The notes: generated by a model not told the origin, from the sequence alone. Positions 1 to 10,287 are shown, counted from the first letter of the stretch. The stretch is 64,000 nucleotides of DNA from Dehalococcoidia bacterium (GCA_963662435.1 OY759598.1:2574507-2638506); one strand, 5' to 3'. Program-made: numbers and translations.

Positions 1-2
1 AC

Positions 3-1232
3 AGCCCCTTCAAGGGATTGAAGGCCGCTGCCCCTGAGAATGTGTCAAAGGCCCTTCGAGAAGCGACCTTCACGGCCTACGAGAACATCGTCAAGCTCTG
101 CATGGAGGAGCGCGTGGACGCCCTGCTCGTCGCGGGAGACGTGTACGATTCGGCTGACAGAAGCCTCCGCGCTCAGCTCAAGTTCGTCGAGGGTCTGAAA
201 CGTCTGGACGAGGAGGGCATACGTTCATTCATCTGCCACGGCAACCACGACCCGCTGGACGGTTGGGAGGCAAGACTGGACTATCCCGGAGGCTGTACCC
301 GATTCGGCGCCGAGTTCGAGGCCGTGCCGGTGTTTCCGGACGATCCCCAACCCGCGGTCGTGCATGGCATCAGCTACCCGACCCGCGAAGTCAAAGACAA
401 CCTGGTTCCTCGACTCGGCGCCGTCGATCCGGACGTGTTCTCAATCGGCCTTATGCACGCCAACGTCGGCAACAACCCGAATCACGACCCGTATGCCCCG
501 TGTTCGCTGGAAGACCTGAGGTCAACGGGAATCAGCTACTGGGCCCTCGGTCACGTACATACACGTGAGGTACTCAGCGATCACTCCCCCACTGCGGTCT
601 ATCCCGGCAACTCCCAGGGTAGACACGCGAACGAGACCGGAGCACGTGGCGTGTACGTTGTCGAGGTGGACGATAACCGAAACGTCCACCTGGACTTCAG
701 GGCAATCGACACCGTGCGGTGGGAGCGACCCGTCGTCGACATCTCCTCGATGCAGACCGCGCAAGAGTTGCTCACCGTCCTGCACCAAGGCACAGAAGAG
801 GCTCTAAGCAGGGCGGATGGCCGGTCGACTGTGCTTCGGATCACGTTGGAAGGTCGGGGCGCGTTGTACGACTCTCTGCGGAAACAGGATTTCGTGCAGG
901 ACCTGCTGGACGATCTCAACGGCGAATGGTCGGGGCGATCACCATTCGCGTGGTGCGAACGCATCGAGGACGAAACGGCACCATCGTTCAACAGGCAGGA
1001 ACTTGTCCAGGGTTCCGACTTCCTGGCCGAGGTGCTCAAGACGACGGACCGTGCAAAGGACGACCCGGAACTGCAGGCCGCAATGCGAGACGGGCTCGGT
1101 GATCTCTACCGGCACCGCCGTTATCGTCGACTCCTTGACGACTACGTCCCTGGCGAGGATGAACTCACCACGTTGATAGATGAGGCCGAGGCCATTGTCG
1201 TGGACCTGCTGGCCGGAGAACGGGACGCATGA
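3..1232 (+). CDS. yhaO: Mre11/SbcD-like metallophosphoesterase DNA repair exonuclease (YhaO family), 5' end truncated by window
   Basis: Frame is open from base 3 (SPFKGL, matching the DLHLDSPF motif region); AGDVYD, GNHD, YWALGHVH, YPGNSQGR motifs; overlaps the next ATPase gene (ATGA). Confidence 0.85.
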   Translation, partial: SPFKGLKAAAPENVSKALREATFTAYENIVKLCMEERVDALLVAGDVYDSADRSLRAQLKFVEGLKRLDEEGIRSFICHGNHDPLDGWEARLDYPGGCTRFGAEFEAVPVFPDDPQPAVVHGISYPTREVKDNLVPRLGAVDPDVFSIGLMHANVGNNPNHDPYAPCSLEDLRSTGISYWALGHVHTREVLSDHSPTAVYPGNSQGRHANETGARGVYVVEVDDNRNVHLDFRAIDTVRWERPVVDISSMQTAQELLTVLHQGTEEALSRADGRSTVLRITLEGRGALYDSLRKQDFVQDLLDDLNGEWSGRSPFAWCERIEDETAPSFNRQELVQGSDFLAEVLKTTDRAKDDPELQAAMRDGLGDLYRHRRYRRLLDDYVPGEDELTTLIDEAEAIVVDLLAGERDA

Positions 1233-4200
1233 GGATTCGCGACATCCGCATTGACGGTTTCGGCCGGTTCGCCGGACAGGAATTCGGACCGTTCGAACGT
1301 CCTGTTACCATCTTCCACGGGCCCAACGAAGCTGGAAAGAGCACGCTGCTGGAGTTCGTCCGAAGGGTGCTTTTCGGGTTCCCACGCAGGAACGCCAAGA
1401 CCAACGCGTACCCCCCGATCGCCGGTGGAAACTATGGCGGCCTCGTGACGCTCGAAGGAAACGATGGCCGAATCTTCAATGTCCGCAGGACATCCGGAAG
1501 AAGCTACAGCGGGGAAGTCTCGGTAACATCGCAGTTGGGCGATCCGCTGCCGGAGTCGGAGCTCACAACGTTGCTTGGCCATCACTCTCAGGACGTTTTC
1601 GAGCAGGTATTCGCATTCACGCTCGACGAGCTCTACAGCGACGACCTGTTGAGCGATGCAAACGTCAACAGCCAGATATACAGTGCCGGTATGGGAGTAA
1701 CGTCGCTGCGGGACGTGATGGCTTCTCTAGACCGGTCGAGGAACTCCATCTTCCTCAGTGGAGGGAGCAAGCAGGAGATCTATAGCGCCGCGAGCCGATT
1801 GGACGATATCGATTCCACGCTTGGTGAGGTCGCCGACAACGCAGTTAGGTATGGAGAACTGACCGAACGCTTGCAGCAGGTCGAATCCGAGCTTAAGTCC
1901 CTTGCCGCACGACGGCGAACGCTTCAGAACCTGCTTGGCAGGCAGACAAGACTGCAAAACGCCTGGGACTCCTGGAACGACTTGGTTTCTGCCGAGCAAG
2001 GGTTGAGTACCCTAACGCCAATCGATGACTTCCCGACCGACGGCCTGAACCGCCTGGAGAAACTCGAAGAGCGCGTGAGAATTGCGCGTCACGAGTTGGA
2101 GACCGCGAGCGAGGAGGTCAGAGCAGCCAAGCTGAAAGCGGACGTGACCGTACCGCACGTGGCGATTCTCAGAAGTTCATCCGACATCCGTCGCCTGCAG
2201 AACGGACGGACTGCTTTCGACGGTTCAGTAAAGGACTTGCCGGAACGTGAGACCGAGCTTGAAGGGCACAGGAGAATTCTTACCGAGACCCTGCAGGACT
2301 TGGGACCAGACTGGGACGCGATCCGGCTGGAAGAGTTTGATCTCTCCATTGCTGTACGTCAGGAGATTACCCAGCACGGCGACCGGCTGAGGGAGACCTC
2401 CACCGAGCTTTCGAGCCGCAGAGCAACCCTCGTTCAGGACTCCACCGCTTTGGAGGAGGCCATGGAAGCCGAGGGCAGGGCCCAACGTCAGTTGGAGGAA
2501 GCTGAGAATCCGGGGCTGGACGGGGAAGAGATACGACAGTGGCGGAGCTTGGCCCGAAACTTGAGATCTCAGCTTGACGAAATCGGTCGCCAGCGACAGA
2601 ACGTGTTGAATCTCCAGAGCCAGCTCGAGGGTCTGGAGGCCGCCGTACCCTCCGGACAAGGGAAGGGGTCCAACACAACGGTAGCAGCATTGAGCTTCTT
2701 TGTCGGCATCGCCCTCCTGATAGGTGGGGCAGTGCTTGGAGAAACCGCGCTATTCATCGGAATAGTTGCGGGAATTGCCCTGGGCGGCGTGGGCGTCTAC
2801 CTGTTCGTGGCCTCTAGATCGGCTGTCGTGGTCACTGGCGAATCTCCCCTCGCCGGACCCATCCGCGATTCGCTTCGTCGCGCGGAAGCCGATGTGCAGG
2901 CGCGCCAATCGAGTATGACCCAGGACGCTGCCCCCTTCGGTCTCGAAGAAGTCGATGAGTCCTCTCTTCTTGGCGCCGAAGAGTCCATCGACGACGAAGA
3001 AAGCAGGCTCAGGGACTGGGCCCGTCTCAAAGATGCTCTAGATACTGCCAGAAACTTGGCCAAGCAGAGGCAGGCTCGTGCCGAGGAGTCCGCCACAGCC
3101 GTCCGGAACGCAACGGAGCAACTAGATTTAGCTAAGCGGCAATGGCAGGAGTGGCTTAAGGATCGCGGCCTGCTGGAATCCTTCACGCCGGAGACTGTCG
3201 ATGTGCTTCAGAGACAGGTCGAGCTTGGTCGCAGCAGGCTCGAGGACGTGCGGAACTGGCAGCAGCGCATCAAGGCCATCGAGAAGGACATCAAGGAACA
3301 CGTCGATGCCGTAGAGCCTCTGGCGACGGCATTCGATGTCACGTTCGATGCAGATGACTACCGGACGGTCGCGGCGGCGGCGGACAGGCTCGTCGAACTC
3401 CTGGAGGAAGTGCAGGAGAACGACAGGAATCGGACCGACGCCGAAGCGGAACTGGACGAGGCGGAGCGGCAATTCCAAGACAGGAAGAACGTCCTCGAAA
3501 AGGCGGAAGAAGACCTTACAAAGCTGCTTCGATCAGGAGGAGCGGAGGAGTCCGAAGCCTTTCGCCAACGCGCCGGACTCTATCAAAGGCGATCTGACCT
3601 AGAAGCAAGTGCCCGCGACGCGCTCGACCGCCTGCAGCGAATCAGCGGACCCGGTGAGGCTCTCGACAGGCTGAAGGCCGACCTCTCCAAGACTAACCCT
3701 CAGTCAATTAACGAGTCCCTATCTGAGGTAGAGGAAGAAAGGACCTCACTCGACTCTCGTAGGGAAGAACTGTCGACCGAGCGCGGTTCCATTCAGAACG
3801 AACTCGTCGGACTCGTTAGCGAGGAAGAGTCGTCCCAGTTGAGAATGGAGAGGAACACCCTCCTTGAGCAGATCGCCGTCCATGCTCGCGACTGGGCACG
3901 TTTCACGCTCGCGAGGGAGCTACTGGAAGAGGCGCGACGCAAGTTCGAGCGAGAACGGCAGCCGGGCGTTGTCCGGCATGCGCAGGAATTCTTCGCCGAC
4001 ATCACCGAAGGGCGGTATAAGCAGGTCTACGCTCCTCTCGGCGAGCAGACGATCACGGTCACAGACGCCGACGGCAGCACCAAGCAGCCGTCTGAACTGA
4101 GTCGCGGCACACGGGAGCAGCTATTCCTGTCGCTGCGCTTCGGGCTGATCCGCGAGCTTGGACAGCGCACGGAGCCGCTCCCCGTAATCGTGGACGAAGT

Positions 4201-4372
4201 CCTCGTGAACTTCGATCCCGAACGCGCTCTTCGGGCCGCCGTCTCGTTCGCGAAGCTTTCTGAAACCAACCAGGTGCTGGTCTTTACCTGTCATCCTTCA
4301 GTCGTCGACCTGTTTCGCACGGCAACTTCCGAGGCAGGCATAGAGCCGCCGGACGAAGTATCGATAACCTGA
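1229..4372 (+). CDS. yhaN: Rad50/SbcC-like coiled-coil ATPase (YhaN/AAA_27 family) with central transmembrane hairpin
   Basis: Walker A GPNEAGKST, ABC signature LSRGTREQLFLSLR, Walker B IVDEVLVNFD, FTCH; long coiled coil; two hydrophobic segments at mid-length. Confidence 0.85.
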   Translation: MRIRDIRIDGFGRFAGQEFGPFERPVTIFHGPNEAGKSTLLEFVRRVLFGFPRRNAKTNAYPPIAGGNYGGLVTLEGNDGRIFNVRRTSGRSYSGEVSVTSQLGDPLPESELTTLLGHHSQDVFEQVFAFTLDELYSDDLLSDANVNSQIYSAGMGVTSLRDVMASLDRSRNSIFLSGGSKQEIYSAASRLDDIDSTLGEVADNAVRYGELTERLQQVESELKSLAARRRTLQNLLGRQTRLQNAWDSWNDLVSAEQGLSTLTPIDDFPTDGLNRLEKLEERVRIARHELETASEEVRAAKLKADVTVPHVAILRSSSDIRRLQNGRTAFDGSVKDLPERETELEGHRRILTETLQDLGPDWDAIRLEEFDLSIAVRQEITQHGDRLRETSTELSSRRATLVQDSTALEEAMEAEGRAQRQLEEAENPGLDGEEIRQWRSLARNLRSQLDEIGRQRQNVLNLQSQLEGLEAAVPSGQGKGSNTTVAALSFFVGIALLIGGAVLGETALFIGIVAGIALGGVGVYLFVASRSAVVVTGESPLAGPIRDSLRRAEADVQARQSSMTQDAAPFGLEEVDESSLLGAEESIDDEESRLRDWARLKDALDTARNLAKQRQARAEESATAVRNATEQLDLAKRQWQEWLKDRGLLESFTPETVDVLQRQVELGRSRLEDVRNWQQRIKAIEKDIKEHVDAVEPLATAFDVTFDADDYRTVAAAADRLVELLEEVQENDRNRTDAEAELDEAERQFQDRKNVLEKAEEDLTKLLRSGGAEESEAFRQRAGLYQRRSDLEASARDALDRLQRISGPGEALDRLKADLSKTNPQSINESLSEVEEERTSLDSRREELSTERGSIQNELVGLVSEEESSQLRMERNTLLEQIAVHARDWARFTLARELLEEARRKFERERQPGVVRHAQEFFADITEGRYKQVYAPLGEQTITVTDADGSTKQPSELSRGTREQLFLSLRFGLIRELGQRTEPLPVIVDEVLVNFDPERALRAAVSFAKLSETNQVLVFTCHPSVVDLFRTATSEAGIEPPDEVSIT

Positions 4373-4373
4373 A

Positions 4374-5213
4374 TTGCCCGATTCTCGAGGAAGACCCGAC
4401 ATCTCAACTCCTGATCATTACGGTCGTCCACGTCTGGCCTGCATCCTGCTGGACGCCATGTCAGCCTCCGGACGCGACATCGACAACCTCGAGCCTGGTG
4501 ATCTAGCCCCGTTTGAGAACCTCCATATTCGAGGCCGGGCCTCTACGCATGAACTTGCAGGACTTACTGGGATTCGTTCGGGTATGCGAGTCCTCGATGT
4601 CGGCTGCGGCATCGGCGGACCCGCGAGGACATTGACGTTGAACTACGGTTGCCACGTGACCGGCGTTGACATGACCGCGAGCTACGTTGAGGCAGGTCGA
4701 ATGCTGGTCGAACGCCTCGGCCTCAACGAGTCAGTGTCCATCACTACTGGGAACGCACTCGACCTTCACTTCGACGACGGCACGTTCGACAGAGTGTGGA
4801 TGCAGCACATGGGCATGAACGTGGCCGACAAGGGTCGCCTCTGCCGCGAGGCTCGCAGGGTGCTGCGCCCCGGCGGCAGACTCGCCCTTCACGAGATTCT
4901 CGCGGGCGATGTCTCACCTCCTCACTACCCTACGCCATGGGCCGACGGTCCATCGTTCAGTCATCTCATTGGCGCCGACCGTCTGAAGGCAGTGCTCTCT
5001 AAGAGCGGCTTTCGTGAGATCGCACTGCGGGACGACACCCCCATGTCGATCGATTGGGCGCGAACACCGCCGGACAGCGGTGGAGACGATACGCTGTCGC
5101 CCGCGATCGAAGCGCTGCTTGGACCGAACCACCGGGAACGCGTCGAGAACGTCCGTCGCAACCTCATCGAAGGGCGCATAAAGGTGGTTCAGGCGGTGTA
5201 CGAGGTCGCCTGA
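4374..5213 (+). CDS. Class I SAM-dependent methyltransferase
   Basis: VLDVGCGIGG motif I, FDRVW, VLRPGGRL; TTG start 1 nt after the yhaN stop. Confidence 0.85.
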   Translation: MPDSRGRPDISTPDHYGRPRLACILLDAMSASGRDIDNLEPGDLAPFENLHIRGRASTHELAGLTGIRSGMRVLDVGCGIGGPARTLTLNYGCHVTGVDMTASYVEAGRMLVERLGLNESVSITTGNALDLHFDDGTFDRVWMQHMGMNVADKGRLCREARRVLRPGGRLALHEILAGDVSPPHYPTPWADGPSFSHLIGADRLKAVLSKSGFREIALRDDTPMSIDWARTPPDSGGDDTLSPAIEALLGPNHRERVENVRRNLIEGRIKVVQAVYEVA

Positions 5214-5272
5214 AAGCCTATCGACGTGCTCACCGTCAATTCATATGCTCCCGGCCGCTCGGTGAGGGCGGC

Positions 5273-5303
5273 TTGAAAGGGGGATGCATCATTTTGCTAT
5301 AAT
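5273..5303 (+). promoter_or_regulatory. Probable sigma70 promoter (extended -10) for the Bax inhibitor-1 family gene
   Basis: TGcTATAAT at 5295-5303; TTGAAA upstream with a long (19 bp) spacing; AAGGAG downstream. Confidence 0.5.
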
Positions 5304-5348
5304 TTAGAGAGTGACGACACCTTAGTCTTCAAGGAGAATTGCTTCGTC

Positions 5349-6077
5349 ATGTCAACACAAGAGTACTTCGGCGCATCGTCCTTCGACAGGACCCGGGCAA
5401 ATGCCATCTATACCGACGCGATGACCCGCATGTACGGGCTCGTCGCGCTTGGGGTAATCACGACCGGAGCGACGATCTGGATCGGCGACATGCTCGGATT
5501 GGGAGAGGTCTTCTACAGCCTCGGCTGGATCGGCTGGCTGCTGATGATCGGCATCATGTTCGGCACGCTCATGGCCGCCAGCGCCGTGGTCGCCAAGGGC
5601 AACACTGCCCTGGGAACCGTCCTCTATCTCGCCTTCACCGGCATTGAGGGACTGTTCCTCTCGCCGATACTCGTCAGATTCGCCGGCGACACGATAGGCG
5701 TGGCCTTCCTACTGACAGGCGGGTTGTTCGTCGCCATGACCGCCGTAGGCATGACCACCAAGAGGGACTTGACGAAGCTGGGGCCGATGCTGATCTTCGG
5801 CCTCATCGGGCTGGTAATCGTCAGCCTCATCAACATGCTCCTGATCCAGTCAAGCGGCCTGTTCCTTCTCATTAACATCCTCCTTCTGCCTCTGTTCCTC
5901 GCGCTGACGGTTTGGGAGACGAAGCAGATGAAGGAACTGGCACAGGAAGCCGCGATGCAGGGAGACCAGAAGGGCGCCACCCAGGTGGCAGTCATGGGAA
6001 GCATCGGCCTCTACCTGAATGTGTTGAACATCTTCCTCATCATCCTCAACCTGCTCGGGTTCGTCTCGAACGACTGA
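5349..6077 (+). CDS. Bax inhibitor-1/YccA family membrane protein
   Basis: About 7 TM segments; TKRDL motif; C-terminal LYLNVLNIFLIILNLLG. Confidence 0.85.
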   Translation: MSTQEYFGASSFDRTRANAIYTDAMTRMYGLVALGVITTGATIWIGDMLGLGEVFYSLGWIGWLLMIGIMFGTLMAASAVVAKGNTALGTVLYLAFTGIEGLFLSPILVRFAGDTIGVAFLLTGGLFVAMTAVGMTTKRDLTKLGPMLIFGLIGLVIVSLINMLLIQSSGLFLLINILLLPLFLALTVWETKQMKELAQEAAMQGDQKGATQVAVMGSIGLYLNVLNIFLIILNLLGFVSND

Positions 6078-6128
6078 GCGGGAAGAGGGCGAGTTCAACG
6101 GCAGTCCACCGGGGCAACCCCGCTAATG

Positions 6129-6224
6129 GAGTGTCTAAGAACTTCGTTCACCCTGAGCCTGTCGAAGGGTCGTTCATGGTTCGACAAGCTCACCACGAAC
6201 GGATCCGGTGACTTATTGGACACC
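6129..6224. repeat. MITE-like element with a REP family A inverted pair
   Basis: CGTTCACCCTGAGCCTGTCGAAGGG plus inverted partner ...GGTTCGACAAGCTCACCACGAACG (6145-6201), inside imperfect terminal IRs GTGTCTAAGAAC / GACTTATTGGACAC. Confidence 0.7.
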
Positions 6225-6285
6225 CTCTAAGGGGCATAAGGCTGGGATATCTTCTCGTCCCGTTAGACCGGGTTGGCGTGGGTCG

Positions 6286-6963
6286 CTACTTGGGACCGAG
6301 AATCGCGAATCCGAGCACGATCAGCGCCACTGCGCTTGCGAACCCAAGCGGACCGTACTTCGACAACCTGGCGTTGGTCGATGTGCTGAACTTGTCGATT
6401 CCCCAGGCACATGGGCCGAACGCCGCGCCTCCGAACGCTGCCCAGAATGGGAACGCCCCCAGGAGGAGGAACGCGTTCTTGAGGCCATAGACAAACCACA
6501 GCGCGGTGAATAGGTTGAAGAAGCTTCCCACCACGTTGGGGACGGACTTTACACTCGAAATGAAGAGGAAGAAATCCCTGGCGATCGGAAGGAAGATTCC
6601 CCCTGTCAGATAGGAATAGAACATCAGGTAACCAACGGCCAGCAGCAGCCACAACCAAAGGCGTCGGGCTCGGCGTCCGTGAACGCTGAAGGTCGGCCTC
6701 ACGCCGTAGAGCCAGTAAGAGACGGGACCTCCAACGAGGAGGCCTCCAATGCCCCCGGCAATCCCGAAGAGCACCGCCTGTCCTGGGGGCACCCGGTCAA
6801 GAGCGCCAATACCTTCGAACTCCGTATACAGGTTGAGGATCGTCGTCGCGGCCCCTAGGCCGGCGGCCAAGATGCCGATGGCCAGGCCGAAACGAATACG
6901 CGTCCAGTCACGCTGGACGATTTCCTGTTCTGACAGTCTCAGTGCCTGGGCCTGTGTTGCCAT
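6286..6963 (-). CDS. Hypothetical multi-pass membrane protein
   Basis: Several hydrophobic segments; start placed at ATG 6963 (MATQAQ) rather than the ORF-track start. Confidence 0.6.
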   Translation of the reverse strand: MATQAQALRLSEQEIVQRDWTRIRFGLAIGILAAGLGAATTILNLYTEFEGIGALDRVPPGQAVLFGIAGGIGGLLVGGPVSYWLYGVRPTFSVHGRRARRLWLWLLLAVGYLMFYSYLTGGIFLPIARDFFLFISSVKSVPNVVGSFFNLFTALWFVYGLKNAFLLLGAFPFWAAFGGAAFGPCAWGIDKFSTSTNARLSKYGPLGFASAVALIVLGFAILGPK

Positions 6964-7203
6964 TTCTTCTTGGTCCCCTACTCTCTGCGTCGCGTCCGCC
7001 GATTGTACGACTCTATCGAACCGACTAGTCGAGATTCTCCGTACAAAATAATAGCACACCCGCACGTTTGCTCACTACGGACACAGACTTGCGGCTGCAT
7101 CAAACTCCTTGGCGGTGACGCCGGCATTTGAGGTTTGCGAGTCCGCATGGTACGCTCAAACGGAAACCCAGACCGTCACCCAATGGGGAGACCTTCGGAC
7201 AAA

Positions 7204-7929
7204 ATGACTCCGGGGCATTCAAAATCCAATAACTCGTCAGCGGCCATGCGGCTCTCTATGGCCGCCGAAAACTACCTGCTCTCGATCTATCAGTTGGAGG
7301 AGATTGGCCGACGCGTCACACCCTCCCAGCTTGCTGAACAGCTCAAGAGGCTTCCCGAAGGCGAGGGACTGGGAACCTCCCTCCCGTCCGTGACGGGCAT
7401 GCTCCGTCGTCTGACCCGAGAGGGCCTCATCAAGATGTCCAAGAACAAGGAGATCGACCTGACTAATCTCGGGCGAGAGGCGGCGGAGAGCATGGTGCGC
7501 CGCCATCGACTTGCTGAGATCTTCGTCGTTGACATGTTGGACGTAGATCTCTTCAACGCCCACGAGGAAGCGCACCGGTTGGAGCACGCGATATCGCCAC
7601 TGCTTGAGGAGAAGATCAGACTCAGGTTGGGCAACCCGGAGACCTCGCCGTTCGGCGACCCCATCCCTGGAAGCGGCCACCGGGTCGCGAATGACTCCGT
7701 GCCCGTGAGCGAGGCCGAACAGGGCCGGGAATACACCATCGACAGGATCCCTGAAGACGACCAGGCGCTGCTCGAATATCTCGTCCCATACGGCTTCATC
7801 CCGGGACAGCAGGTCAGGCTCACCGAGGCAGCGGCCTATCGCGGGGTCATCAAACTGGAATGCAACGGCGAGGAAGTCGTGGTGGGGTACGAAGTAGCTG
7901 AGCGTATATGGCTCCGCCGGACTGAGTAG
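7204..7929 (+). CDS. DtxR/MntR family metal-dependent transcriptional regulator with C-terminal FeoA domain
   Basis: ENYL, SVTGML, RRHRLAE, AHEEAHRLEH, SPFGDPIP; start could be 7204 or 7246. Confidence 0.9.
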   Translation: MTPGHSKSNNSSAAMRLSMAAENYLLSIYQLEEIGRRVTPSQLAEQLKRLPEGEGLGTSLPSVTGMLRRLTREGLIKMSKNKEIDLTNLGREAAESMVRRHRLAEIFVVDMLDVDLFNAHEEAHRLEHAISPLLEEKIRLRLGNPETSPFGDPIPGSGHRVANDSVPVSEAEQGREYTIDRIPEDDQALLEYLVPYGFIPGQQVRLTEAAAYRGVIKLECNGEEVVVGYEVAERIWLRRTE

Positions 7930-7973
7930 CGCCCCGCGCACCACAAAGCCTTTTCCACTCCAGTCGAGGCAGA

Positions 7974-8225
7974 ATGGCATTGATCTCCGGTACTCGCTCA
8001 CCCTTACGAGGCATTCTCAACGGCTGGCTGGCGTTCGCGCATCTCATCGGGACCGTGCAAATGGTCGTTCTGCTAACCGTCGTCTACTGGGTTTTCATTC
8101 CCCTCGTGTATATCCCCTTCGGGCTCATCTCCGACCCGCTTCGCCTGCGACGTCCGATTGGGAGCCGGTGGCGAGAGCGCGAAGGCTCCGAAGATGTTAT
8201 GGAATCGATGCGGCGGCAGTGGTGA
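7974..8225 (+). CDS. Small membrane protein, SxtJ-like
   Basis: W..FAH.IG...LLTVVY...P.GL..DPLRL...M.RQW pattern; directly upstream of the carbamoyltransferase. Confidence 0.7.
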   Translation: MALISGTRSPLRGILNGWLAFAHLIGTVQMVVLLTVVYWVFIPLVYIPFGLISDPLRLRRPIGSRWREREGSEDVMESMRRQW

Positions 8226-8237
8226 CCGGTCACCTCC

Positions 8238-10034
8238 ATGCGAGTACTCGGCATCTCCTGCTACTTCCACGACGCCTCGGCGTGCCTTCTTGAGGACGGC
8301 AAACTCATTGCCGCCGCCGAGGAAGAGCGTTTCACCCGCGTAAAGCACGATCCCAGCTTCCCGACGAACGCCATACGCTTTAGTCTGGATCAAGGGGGGA
8401 TCGAAGGCCCCGATCTCGACTACGTGGTGTTCTTCGAAAAGCCCTTCGTGAAGTTTGAGCGGCTGTTGTTGACGGCCGTATCCGGATTCCCAAAGACCTA
8501 CATGCAGTTCGTCCATGGCATGAGATCGTGGCTCTTCGACAAGCTCTGGGTCAGGAGCCGCATCGAGAGCGCCCTGGGAGTCGACCGGGAACGCATCCTG
8601 TTCTCCGATCATCATGTTTCCCACGCCGCCAGCGCGTACTTCTGCTCTCCTTTCGACAGAGCCGCCGTGCTGACCTTCGATGGCGTGGGCGAGTGGGCCA
8701 CCGTCACGATGGGCGTTGGCGACGGTCACTCGCTGTCCGTCAAGCGAGAGCTGCGCTTCCCCCATTCCCTCGGACTTCTCTACAGCGCTTTCACGGCGTT
8801 TCTTGGATTCGAGGTCAATGAGGGGGAATACAAGGTCATGGGGATGGCCCCCTACGGCACTCCCCGGTACGCCGACCGCGTCCGGGAAATCGTGGAGCAG
8901 CACGACGACGGTTCCATCTGGACCGACCACCGCTACTTCTCGTTTCACCACAGCACCCACCGCTCCTTCACGTCGAGATTCGAGAAACTCTTCGGGAGGC
9001 CCCGCGATCCCAGCGTCCCGTTTTTCACCGACGAGACCGGATGGCCCCCATACTACGGAGAACGGCCAGCTAATAGTCAGGAATTGCTGGACTACAATCG
9101 GCACTACGCCGACATCGCCGCGAGCATCCAGCACGTGACCGAAGAACTCGTGCTGAAGCTGGCGAACGAGGCGCACCGGGAGACCGGCCTGACAAAGCTC
9201 TGCATGGCGGGAGGGGTCGCCCTCAACGCGGTGGCCAACGGTCGCGTCCTCGCTGAAACGCCGTTCGAGGAGGTCTACATCCAGCCCGCAGCCGGAGATG
9301 GAGGTGGTTCTCTAGGCGCCGCCCTCTACGCCTGGCACTGCGCTCTCGGCAACGAGGAGCGGTCGGTCATGGACCACGCCTACTGGGGCCAGGAATACGA
9401 CCACGATGATATACAGACGGCCCTCGAAGGGTCAGGCCGCACATGGACGCGGTTCGAAGACGAGTCGAAACTCATAGACGCGACAGTCGACCTGATTGGG
9501 GACGGGAATGTCGTCGGCTGGTTCCAGGGGCGTTTCGAGTGGGGCCCGCGCGCGTTGGGCAACCGGAGCATCCTGGCCGACCCGCGACGGGCCGAGATGA
9601 AGGACATCGTCAACAGCAAGGTCAAGTTTCGCGAGCCGTTCCGTCCGTTCGCACCCTCGGTGTTGGTAGATGCAGCAACTGACTATTTCGACTTGCCGAA
9701 CGGCGCGGGCGGCATGCCGGAGCGCTTCATGCTGGTCGTCGCGCCAATAGAGAACTCCAAGCGCGAAGCCATTCCCGCCGTCGATCACATGGGCACGGCG
9801 AGGCCGCAGACCGTATACAAGGAGACCAACCCTCGCTACCATGAGTTGATCAGGAGGTTCGGGGAGGCCACCGGGGAGCCGGTCTTGTTGAACACATCCT
9901 TCAACGTTCGCGGCGACCCCATCGTTGCGTCCCCGGAGGACGCGCTCGTCACCTTTGAAAAGAGCGGCCTCGACGCGCTCGTCATCGGCGACTTTTTGGT
10001 CACAAGGCAAGAAACGTACGCGGATACTGAATGA
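8238..10034 (+). CDS. Carbamoyltransferase, NodU/CmcH family (SxtI-like)
   Basis: HDASA, EEERFTRVKH, HHVSHAASA, DGVGEW, GEYKVMG, AGGVALN, GPRALGNRS, KFREPFRPFAPS, LNTSFN. Confidence 0.95.
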   Translation: MRVLGISCYFHDASACLLEDGKLIAAAEEERFTRVKHDPSFPTNAIRFSLDQGGIEGPDLDYVVFFEKPFVKFERLLLTAVSGFPKTYMQFVHGMRSWLFDKLWVRSRIESALGVDRERILFSDHHVSHAASAYFCSPFDRAAVLTFDGVGEWATVTMGVGDGHSLSVKRELRFPHSLGLLYSAFTAFLGFEVNEGEYKVMGMAPYGTPRYADRVREIVEQHDDGSIWTDHRYFSFHHSTHRSFTSRFEKLFGRPRDPSVPFFTDETGWPPYYGERPANSQELLDYNRHYADIAASIQHVTEELVLKLANEAHRETGLTKLCMAGGVALNAVANGRVLAETPFEEVYIQPAAGDGGGSLGAALYAWHCALGNEERSVMDHAYWGQEYDHDDIQTALEGSGRTWTRFEDESKLIDATVDLIGDGNVVGWFQGRFEWGPRALGNRSILADPRRAEMKDIVNSKVKFREPFRPFAPSVLVDAATDYFDLPNGAGGMPERFMLVVAPIENSKREAIPAVDHMGTARPQTVYKETNPRYHELIRRFGEATGEPVLLNTSFNVRGDPIVASPEDALVTFEKSGLDALVIGDFLVTRQETYADTE

Positions 10035-10210
10035 AGTTCGTCAGGGAAACTTTCGCAAAGCTGGGAATCGCGGGGGAGCTCATCGTCTTCCTCTGGAAGC
10101 GAAAGCTCTGGTGGCTGATCCCGATGGTCGCTGTGCTGCTGGCATTTGGCATCGTCATCGTCGTCGGGGGATCGACGGGCGCAGGTCCGTTCGTGTATAC
10201 GCTGTTCTAG
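10031..10210 (+). CDS. Small membrane protein, SxtK-like/DUF5989 (59 aa; missing from ORF track)
   Basis: Translated manually: MKFVRETFAKLGIAGELIVFLWKRKLWWLIPMVAVLLAFGIVIVVGGSTGAGPFVYTLF; ATGA overlap with the upstream stop. Confidence 0.85.
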   Translation: MKFVRETFAKLGIAGELIVFLWKRKLWWLIPMVAVLLAFGIVIVVGGSTGAGPFVYTLF

Positions 10211-10287
10211 GGAATTGGTGCAACTGGGTTAAGGTTCTGCATTGACATCACCCATGCTTCCACTTCCGAGGAAAGAACGACTTCAGC

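Noticed and set aside
3..5213. Wadjet/Lamassu-type SMC defence system or restriction-modification
   Set aside because: Motifs fit YhaO/YhaN; host-like composition; the methyltransferase lacks DNA-MTase DPPY/NPPY or PC motifs
7974..10210. Saxitoxin biosynthesis
   Set aside because: No sxtA/G/B or other pathway genes; only the carbamoyltransferase trio
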